A stretch of DNA of 64,000 bases, from contig OZ025755.1 in NCBI GenBank assembly GCA_964019335.1, forward strand, positions 186,001 to 250,000, written 5' to 3'. The translations under genes were made by a program, and so were the position numbers. Below the pieces are notes generated by a model, which saw only the letters and a list, made by a program, of their open reading frames with translations, was not told where the DNA came from and did not search any database. The stretch comes from Diplonema japonicum (Eukaryota > Protista > Euglenozoa: Diplonemea). Each line of letters starts with the position of its first letter. Position 1 is the first letter of the stretch. This document shows, piece by piece, positions 55,642 through 64,000 of the stretch.

Positions 55642-56021
55642 TGAATGGCGGTCCAAAGGGCGCTTATTGGAGGGAATTTCTTTTTTTTTTTAAAGTGCAA
55701 TGTTGCCTAAATTTAAAAAAAAAAATCTCTGTCCTCCTAATGGGTTTTAGAGATATGAAGTGTGGAAATGTGGAAATGTGGACATAAACATAGATGGGGA
55801 GGGGGGACCAGCAAAATGCATAGTTGATATGTGGGACGGGCGGTTACAACGATAACTTGGGGAAAGAAATAAAGAAAAAAAAATAATAATAAAAAAAAAA
55901 AAAGACTCTCGCATGTGTGGGGGTGTGTGTTGCCGTTGCTCTGAGAGAATAGCGCAAAAAAAAAAAAAAATAGTTATTTAGGGCCATTTATTACTATAGT
56001 AGTTTAAGATAATAATATTAA

Positions 56022-57780
56022 CCCATAACACTCCAAGGCGCAAATATTTGTCGTTTTGAAAAATCGTTTTTTTCTCTAAGTACTTTTTCGTCCCCACGAC
56101 CCCTGGATCTCCAAGAACGACTATAGTGAGGAGTTATTTTCAACTGCAATTCATGTTGCACTGCATCACTTTACCTTGTTATCCACCCACCAAGTGGGTC
56201 CCAAATCCGAGTGGATAGGCGAAAAAACGCAAAATAACGGGTGTGCAGACTGTGTGCCAAAAAACGCAAAGGTAAAGCCAAAACAGCTACGGACGAGGTC
56301 CAACCTTCATGGGTAAGGGAGTTGGTACCCATAGAGACCATAAAATAGGCCGGTGGGGGGGAAAAAAGCTGTCCCGTGGTACGCAGAAACCTGACGACGC
56401 AAAATGATTATTCCTTCGGTTTTTTTGATAAGAAGTTCACAGACGTCATCCAAGAAGAGACAAACAAGCATAAGGACGCTGAGATTGATAAGATTTCGAC
56501 CCAGGACTCCACCGCTTTCTCGGATTGAGCATTATAAGCAAACGTATTGGTCCACAGGACCCATGAAAATCCCCCTTTTCAGTAACACGATGCCCAGGAG
56601 ACGCTACCAGGAAATTAAAAGTAGCCTCCACTTCACTCACACAGAAGAGTCAAACGGTGATGTGTTGTGGAAGACACGAGGGTTTCTGGACAGAATTGGT
56701 AACAAGTGGGCAAAAACAGCAGTGCCAGGAAAATATTTAAGCATTGACGAGACACTCGTACCGTCACGGGGCAATTGGGGGGGCTTGGGGTCTACTGTCC
56801 TCTCAAGCGTAAGAGATATGGCATAAAAATATACTGCCTAAACTGCGTGAGCACGGGTTATCTTTCGCGTTTTCACATCCACGCCACCAAAATCGAGGGG
56901 CACGCACTTGAAGATTTCAGTGTCGTGGAAAAGGTGGTGCTGGGGTTAACGGGGAATTTTCGGGGAACGACAACACGGTAGTTTGCAATAACTACTTTTC
57001 GACTGTGGGTCTGGCCGAAGCCCTGTGAAAAAACTGTGAGGGGGCTTGCATTTCGTTGGAGTGTTGCGGACTCTTCTGGTGGGCCCTAGAAGTGACAATA
57101 GTTAACTGCCTTGCACTTCAAATAAAATATGGTTAGAGTTCAGCCAAAGAGATACAAAACCCTGGCTGCTTTTAAAGAGCGCTTTCGAGAGAGCCTAAAT
57201 GATGGGTCCAGCGTTGCAAGAACACCACTCCCGGCACCCAACTAGTGGAGCACACACACCCGACACCCCAGATTACACCAAACGTGACCACCAACCACTC
57301 AAAGGGGGCAACTCCAGGTTCTGCAGGTTGAAAGGATGACACAAAACGCACAATCTACAAATGCTACACCTGTAACCAACACCTCTGTCCAAATAAGTGC
57401 TTTTTTCGTACCACTCTTCCATCACCCCAAAAAGGCTTCTTGACGATTTCGAGGCCGATATTCCACCCGCAAATAGGCACTTCTCTCGGTCTGAGACATC
57501 TGAGGGGTCCTGATGCTGCTTTTTTTGTCCCAAGATGCTCAATTTACACCCCCCCGTGCACAACCCATTTTGACATGGTCGTTTTTGAGCACCCTACGGC
57601 CATTCAACTCTTCATCCCCTTTGTATTTTTATTAATTTTTGAGCTTTTTTTTAATTTTTCCTGGTCCAAAAAACCCGTTTTACCTGCAAACGGGGGTTAA
57701 ATGCTGCCATTTTCCCCGTCAAATTATGAAAAGGAGCAAAAAAGGGACCCCTATGTAGATAGGCCCCGGAGTGTTATGGG
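56022..57780 (+). mobile_element. piggyBac-superfamily transposon, decayed
   Basis: TTAA|CCCATAACACTCC ... GGAGTGTTATGGG|TTAA (13-bp TIRs, TTAA target duplication). Confidence 0.92.
56404..57030 (+). pseudogene. piggyBac transposase fragment, frameshifted
   Basis: YWST..MPRRRYQEIKSSLHF, LSIDETLVPSRG / YCPLKRKRYGIKIYCL..TGYL / NNYFST. Confidence 0.9.
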
Positions 57781-58190
57781 TTAAAAAAAAAAACAAGGGC
57801 CAAACGCCCACCCAACTCGAGCCAATAGCGAGACCACCCAGCACACACATAAAAAAAAATACACCTTTTTTTTCTCCTCTTTTTGGTTGAATTTTCTTTC
57901 GGGAGTGAAATAAAGTAATAAATATAAAAACTTGGGAGGCGTGGAAAAAAAAAAGAAGAGGGGGGATGTAACTTTTTTTTTTCACCCTCCCCTGCTACCG
58001 ATGTACAGAACCCTGCAGTGTGCCAGGATCGACTGATGACAATCTTAAAGAAGACGGGCCTTGCGGCCGTCCTTTCTCCTCCAGAAGAAAAAAAAAAGTA
58101 AAGGGGGGGAGGGAAAACAACGTTTTCGGTAACTTTTTTTTTTCAAAATGTAACAGTAAAATCATTTTGCCACGATGTTTTTGGCAACCG

Positions 58191-58231
<41 letters not shown>

Positions 58232-58328
58232 CCGAATCAATTAAGTACTTTAATGCGCCAAAAAAAAAAAAAAAAATCACAGGTTACGCAAAAATAAACG
58301 GTGGGAAAACTTTGACATGGAGAAAAAA

Positions 58329-58368
58329 GTGTTTTTGAAGGGAACCTGCAGTTTGTGACAGGATTGCC
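58329..58368 (-). mobile_element. Tail-only retroposon copy
   Basis: A run followed by GTGTTTTTGAAGGGAACCTGCAGTTTGTGACAGGATTGCC. Confidence 0.75.
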
Positions 58369-58606
58369 GAGAAAAAAAAAGGGAAAAAAAGGGTTGCTGT
58401 GGAAGAACGTTGGGATTTTAATTCAATTTTTTTTTCCTTTTTTTTTTTTTTTCTTTTTTTTCCCGGGGTGCTGAATTAATAATATTTCAGTGTGCAGGCT
58501 TCACTGTTTTTCAAGAAGAAAAAAAAAATTCAAAAAAATAAAAAAAAACAAAACCATAACAAAAAAAAATCTTCTCTCCCCCCCCCCCCTCTTTTTCTTC
58601 CCTCTT

Positions 58607-59707
58607 TCAGAAAGTCCCCCGCCCCAACGGGGGAAGAAAAGCAGCCAGTGGTTTCGGTTGTGGAATCCTTCGCCTCGACTGCACGGTACACCGAACGCCC
58701 GTTCTCCGTGAGGGGGGTGAAAGGTAAGGCGACGTGATAGGCTGGCTGTGCAGAGCAGGAAGCTTTGCCTGTGTGATAAGATTACGATGATGCCTTGCCT
58801 CTAAGCTCTTCCATGTATCGACAAGATACATTACCTGCGAGCCTGCTGCCGTTTGACGATAGTTCCTTCTTGGTCTCGAGAGTCGAGGAGGCGTGGGGTT
58901 CTGAGTATAACGAGAAAACAACTTAGGTTCTGATCTCAGCATTGGTTTCATAATCTTATCGACCACAATTTTCGTCGACGCAATATGTCGCCTGGCCAGC
59001 ATCCCGGCACCAACCCGTTGAAGGTACCGGACGCTTTTCACCATTTTACGGCCTTCTTCAAACCTTGCTGGTTTTCGCAATGAAACGCTTTGGGCGGATT
59101 TCAAGTTTCTACGGAGAATTGTGCTTAGAACTGTTCGCGAAAATTTTTGAATGGTCGCAACATGGCGTCTTCGGTGGATCTTGCCGAGAAGTTTTTCTTT
59201 GATGTGTTTTTGGATAATGAATGCAGCGTATTCTTCATCTTCTGTTTGTTGTGATTCGAGTGCCGTGTCTGATACGTGAGTTGCTCTTTTGCGTAGAGAG
59301 TCGGCGGCATTGTGTGATCGGACGAATCTTTGCAAGATCCCGACAGCGCGGGTCACCTTTTGTCCTCTTTTTTTTCGGAAGAAATATTGAAGGATTGTCG
59401 CAGCCCGTGCTTCGTACTCGGTTTGGTCTTTTTGCCGTCTTTCCAACCGCATTGTGTTTACCTTCCTCCAGCCGACCAGGGCTTTCCACGAGCTTTGTAT
59501 TTTTACAGCGGACCTCCTGCGAAGACCTACCCTCCAGACCCCCCACCACCATTCCGACACCACCTTCACCGCCTCCGTGCGTATTGTTGCCCTGTAGTTT
59601 TCATCCTTTTCCCTTATCAGGCGTTGTACTAGTGACGTGCATCTTTTTCTTCGCACCAAGCATTGGATCTTGATGCAGGCGTCATGTTGTGTGATGAGGG
59701 TGGTCAT
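58607..59707 (-). CDS. Multi-IQ-motif (calmodulin-binding-like) protein
   Basis: IQCLVRR, IQSSWK, LQYFFR, LQRFVR, IQKHIK, IQKFSR, LQRVGAGMLAR. Confidence 0.75.
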   Translation of the reverse strand: MTTLITQHDACIKIQCLVRRKRCTSLVQRLIREKDENYRATIRTEAVKVVSEWWWGVWRVGLRRRSAVKIQSSWKALVGWRKVNTMRLERRQKDQTEYEARAATILQYFFRKKRGQKVTRAVGILQRFVRSHNAADSLRKRATHVSDTALESQQTEDEEYAAFIIQKHIKEKLLGKIHRRRHVATIQKFSRTVLSTILRRNLKSAQSVSLRKPARFEEGRKMVKSVRYLQRVGAGMLARRHIASTKIVVDKIMKPMLRSEPKLFSRYTQNPTPPRLSRPRRNYRQTAAGSQVMYLVDTWKSLEARHHRNLITQAKLPALHSQPITSPYLSPPSRRTGVRCTVQSRRRIPQPKPLAAFLPPLGRGTF

Positions 59708-59905
59708 TATTTTTTTTTTGTTGCCGTGGTTTTTTTTTTTTTTTCCCCTCCCCTCCTATTTTTTTGTGAGAAATTTATATTTTGAGAAATTGAAGGGGAG
59801 GGGGGGATAGAATGAAAAAAAAAAAAAACGGGAGGAAAAATTTTTTTTTGGTATTTTTTTTTTTTTTTTTTTTTGCGCAGGGTAGGGGACGGGGGGGGAA
59901 AAAAA

Positions 59906-60500
59906 GGGTGTCTTTGAAGGGAACCTGCAGTATGTGACAGGATCGCCTAACGACAATCAACATCTAGTGTTTGATCCCTTCTGTCGTGGTAGTGCCTTAG
60001 GCCCATCGTATCTATTCAGCAGCTTGGGCGTGAAACCAACTAGCGAGTTGTTGAGGATGCAATGCGTTCGCATTTGTTCCTCTAGGATCGAGTGGGTGAC
60101 CTTCGGGGACGCGAAGATCGGACGAGTGGAGTAACCAGTGACGGCATGGCTGTGGAGCCCTAGGGTGCGTAGTGAGTGTACTGACTTCATAGTTTCTGCC
60201 GGAATCAGATGATTCCCCGTCCCTTTTAGATGGATCCTTTCTAAGACGCTGAGAATCCTGCCGAGCTTTCTCGCCCAGCACGCAATGTGGAGCCTTTCCG
60301 TTGCAATGAGGTCGACTGCTAGTTCCGCCTTAGAAACTTGCCCGCCTTTCTCGCCCCATTTTAGGGCATTCAGCCAGTTGAGGACAAATGGGATTAGGCC
60401 TGGGAAGTATTTCTTCTGCAGCCCATGCTCGTGGTACCAGGGGAGAGGCTTCGGGGTTAAGGGTTCCCCGGTCGGAATGGTCTATTCCAGAAATGCTACG
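59906..60500 (-). mobile_element. 5'-truncated retroposon copy
   Basis: Near-identical to 845-1396, with a 15-bp in-frame deletion and probably some extra 5' sequence; preceded by A7. Confidence 0.8.
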
Positions 60501-60580
60501 ATTTCTTTTTGCTTTTTTTGTCCCCCCCAGTATTTTTGGTGAAAAAAAAATGTTGTACAGTGAATGATAATAAAAAAAAA

Positions 60581-60758
60581 TTGTCGTTGAAGGGAGCCCC
60601 TGCAGTATGTGACAGGAACACTGCTTAACGACGATTTACCTTATCTCTCTTTTGGTAGTACCTTCGGCCCCGTTGTGGTATCTGTGGGCGTGAAACCAAA
60701 CTAGCGATATTTGTTGTTGAGGATGCAATGTGTCCGCAGGCTGCTCCTCTAAGATAGG
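60581..60758 (-). mobile_element. Older, diverged retroposon copy
   Basis: CTGCAGTATGTGACAGGA, GGGCGTGAAACCAA and TTGTTGAGGATGCAATG are shared; preceded by an A run. Confidence 0.7.
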
Positions 60759-60820
60759 GAGGGGTAAAAAAAAAAAAGTGGAAACTTTTTTTTATTATTT
60801 TTTTTTATTATTTTTTTTTT

Positions 60821-62545
60821 TTATTGAATTTTTTTCAAATCGACGAGCGTGCAGGTTTGGTTGTCTGTCCCGATTGCTTCTTCGTCTATTTCAGGACACA
60901 AATTTGTCTCCAACAACGATGTGATCGCGGATGTCGGTGTTGCCTGAGGTCCTTTCAAATGTGTGACCACATGAGAGCATGCATCCTCATTGTCATACCC
61001 ATCCCAAACACCATCACAGGCAATAATTATGAACGAATCAGAAGCTGACCTGGCCCTCCGTGTGACGGTCGGCTGCACGCTGACCGCCTGTTGTGCAGGG
61101 GACTTCCCACCGCATTGCTTAAAGTCATAATCGCCAAACGCTCTTGGAACAGAGAGCAGTCCTTCAATACGGTTGCGAACGACAGAGTACCCAGCAGCGA
61201 GAACCCGTTTCACTTCTTCCGGATCATCCAAAGTATGGTCTTCTGACAATGGGACCACTCCCTGATCGTCTGAGTAAAGAACAGCACGGGAATCTCCTAT
61301 ATTCGCGCAGATTATCTCTGATTCGGTTATTAACACCATACAGCAGGTTGTTCCTACGGACGAGCATTCCACCGTGAATTTCAATCCGAGCGTTTCGTCA
61401 ATCTGCACAAAAATGTCCTCCAGTACCTTGTCATCGATGGTACCGTTTGCAGGTAAACGCTGCAGTAAGATCGTTTCCATGTTGGTGGCGACCCATTGCG
61501 CTGTGAATGTTCCCCCGTGCCCGTCGAGGACTGCGAAAACGTGGGTTCCTTTAAGCTTCGCGGCGTAATGTGCGTCTTCTTGTGTCGATCGCCATCCTTG
61601 CATGCAGCCTGTAACAGCTGCCTCTTCGCATAGAATTTCAATGAAGATGTCGCGGACGGGTTCTTCTAAGAATGTTCCTTTCGTGTCGCACAGAGCCATC
61701 AGTATATTGTCCAAGGGGTCTGTGTATTCTGATGTGAACATGCCGCACCTCATGCACATGAAGGATCTCTCGTAGATGGATATGTCGTAGTTGACCCACA
61801 GACCGTGCTTGCTGTCCTTTCTAAAGAGTTCTTCGGCGTGCGGTTTGCACATTGCGATTGACGTGTCGTGTAGTGATAGAAACTGTGCCGGCCGGCGGTT
61901 GCACGTAACACATTTGTAAAAAAGTTTTTGGAACTGTATTGTCGATGGGTCGGTAGGGTTGAGGACTTCTTCGGGGATGCCTTCAAGAAGTTCTTTTATA
62001 GTGCAGTGGCACCCGTAGTTTTGTTCGTCGTCGCCTTCCAACACCTCTCCTGCGATGTCTGCAAAATTCTCCTGTTTTATTTTTTCGGGTGTTTTTGTAG
62101 ATTGCGGTATTTCCCTGTCTAGCACGCTTAGGGAGCTTCCTTTTCTGGATCTCGACGCGCGGCGTCCGTCTCCTATCGGGGTCAGGCCTTCCCCGAGAAG
62201 GACGCTTTGTGCTGGTTTAAGAATTTCGTGTGTGCCGCCTTCATATTTCATTGATTTTTGCGCCTTCAACATTGTAATGCTGCGGCCTCTCGTTACTTTT
62301 CTATCTGCGGTGCTCAACTGCGGTTGTTGTTGTTGTTGTGGTTGTTGTTGTGGTTTTATTTCGGTAGCGGTGGACTCCATCGGCCTTCCCCTCTCGGTTT
62401 CCTCCCTCAGGTACTGCAGCATCTCCACCCTGAAATCTTTCGGCTGCTTTTGAATCAACCTGTGGACCATCTTGTCAACTATCATGTGCAAGCCGTGCGT
62501 CTTCAAGTAGCGCATGTTTTCTACCGAAACCTGTGATTCCGCCAT
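60821..62545 (-). CDS. PP2C phosphatase with an N-terminal RIIa/Dpy-30-like segment and a Cys/His-rich (zf-UBP-like) domain
   Basis: MQGWRSTQEDAH, VLDGHGG, ANIGDSRAVL, LSEDH, RAFGD, IACDGVWD, GTDNQT; YLKTHGLHMIVDKMV..L..QPKD; ATG at 62545. Confidence 0.9.
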   Translation of the reverse strand: MAESQVSVENMRYLKTHGLHMIVDKMVHRLIQKQPKDFRVEMLQYLREETERGRPMESTATEIKPQQQPQQQQQPQLSTADRKVTRGRSITMLKAQKSMKYEGGTHEILKPAQSVLLGEGLTPIGDGRRASRSRKGSSLSVLDREIPQSTKTPEKIKQENFADIAGEVLEGDDEQNYGCHCTIKELLEGIPEEVLNPTDPSTIQFQKLFYKCVTCNRRPAQFLSLHDTSIAMCKPHAEELFRKDSKHGLWVNYDISIYERSFMCMRCGMFTSEYTDPLDNILMALCDTKGTFLEEPVRDIFIEILCEEAAVTGCMQGWRSTQEDAHYAAKLKGTHVFAVLDGHGGTFTAQWVATNMETILLQRLPANGTIDDKVLEDIFVQIDETLGLKFTVECSSVGTTCCMVLITESEIICANIGDSRAVLYSDDQGVVPLSEDHTLDDPEEVKRVLAAGYSVVRNRIEGLLSVPRAFGDYDFKQCGGKSPAQQAVSVQPTVTRRARSASDSFIIIACDGVWDGYDNEDACSHVVTHLKGPQATPTSAITSLLETNLCPEIDEEAIGTDNQTCTLVDLKKIQ

Positions 62546-63147
62546 TTTTTTTTCCCGACCTGAGGGGTGTTGTTTTCTTTGGAAGAAGGAGGAGGGAAGG
62601 GAGAACATAATAGTATCGGGAAAGAAAGCATAGAAGACTGTAAAAAAGAAAAAAATGGGGGAAGGGAGGGGGGGGGATATCATAATGGTCTTAGATATAT
62701 ATGAGTTCGTCCGGGGGGGGAGAAGGATTTCAGAGATCTGGCAAATATTTCTACAGTTGAAAGAACGGTTGGGACCCATAACGGTTACGCCATTTATGTC
62801 ATCTTCCTAAATAATCGGGGGAAATACTTTTTTTTTTTCGAATCCCCACAAAAATGCAGACATTTTAATCCGGACGAGCTCATATATTCTTGTATTGTTT
62901 TTTTTTTTTTTTTTCTTTTTTTTTTTGTTTTCCAAAAAGAAAGAAATCTGATTTTTTTAATAAAAAAAACGAAAGAAAAGCAGTGCAAAAAAAAAGGGGG
63001 AGACAAAGACTGACCAGGGCATCTAAAAAAAAAAAAAAGAACATGGATTTTTTTTTTGTTTCAACGTACGGGAGTGGGAAGGGGAGGGGGGGGATTTTGT
63101 TTCTCCCCCCCCTTCATACCAATCATATAAAAGGGTAGGGGACGCGG

Positions 63148-63186
<39 letters not shown>

Positions 63187-64000
63187 CTCGTGTATTTTGT
63201 TTTGACCCCATAAGTTGATAAAAACAACAAAAAAATGCCAACTGATACCATTTTTCTTTTTTTTTTTTCTGGCTGTGGTGAGGGATCGCGATTTGACAAA
63301 TAATAATAATAAGTCTCTTCTTCACTCACCAACATCTTCCTCCCCCCCCCCCCCCCCCGGGGGGGGTAAGCAGAGAGACGGGAGAAAAATGGAGGAACTC
63401 AAAAAAAAGGAATAATTTAGAGTAATTTGCACAAACTACTAGTTGTCTTTGTTCCTCTTAGCAGATATTCTTTTTTTTTGGTTTTCTTTCTTTTTTTTTT
63501 TCCAAACAATATGTAATAAGTTCCACTCCCCTTCTCTTTTTTTTTAACACAAAGAATGGGCTGGAGAAGTGAGGCTCGAGAAGGGAGGGGGGACATCGAA
63601 GACGAGGTGCAACACCAAAGATATAAAAAACGAACCTTGTTTTCTTCTTTCTTTCTTTCTTTTTTTTTTGTATGTCCCAAAAAAGTGACTTTATTTTATA
63701 AAAAAAATATAAAAGAAGAAGGGAAAGAAAAAAGAAGCAAAAAAAAAAAAAAAAAAAACGGCTCCCACAAAGGAACAGCATTCCGAAAACTTTTGAAAAA
63801 AAGATTAAGGGGGGGGGGGGTCGGCCCTCCTAATATATATTCCAACAACACGAATACAAAAAATCCTGAGATAAGAAAGCATGCGTGCAAAAACCCTACC
63901 CTACTCTTTTCTTTTCTTTTTTAAACACCCCCTTTGTCATTTTCTTCACTCACGTAATGACATAGGAGTGCATTAATGAACCCCTCATCCCCCCCGAAGT

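Overview
Eukaryotic (protist) genomic DNA with extremely homopolymer-rich intergenic sequence (long A, T, G and C runs). All 17 recognisable host genes lie on the minus strand across 64 kb: three MAPEG/MGST3-like copies, a WSC protein with about 50 14-aa repeats, a conserved unknown protein, NOP53-like, a membrane protein, a TM-TPR-HECT E3, a PTEN/C2-FH1-FH2 formin, an ankyrin protein, a PTB-like RRM protein, a CS-cyclophilin, a D-cysteine desulfhydrase/ACC deaminase-like enzyme, a mitochondrial zf-CHCC protein, a cytochrome b5 reductase-like protein, an HMT1/ABCB6-like transporter, an IQ-motif protein and a PP2C. This layout suggests a euglenozoan-like, possibly diplonemid, polycistronic unit; that is an inference, and no SL RNA gene was found. 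Nine 33-60 nt GT-AG introns can be reconstructed. Each is built around a homopolymer core, mostly poly(A). Mobile DNA includes a retroposon family (7 copies) that shares one 3' end, abuts poly(T) instead of carrying a poly(A) tail, and sits in A/T tracts. Also present are a piggyBac relic, TA-flanked Tc1/mariner/pogo-type elements, and decayed tyrosine-recombinase (Crypton-like) elements with long hairpins. All coordinates were counted by hand.
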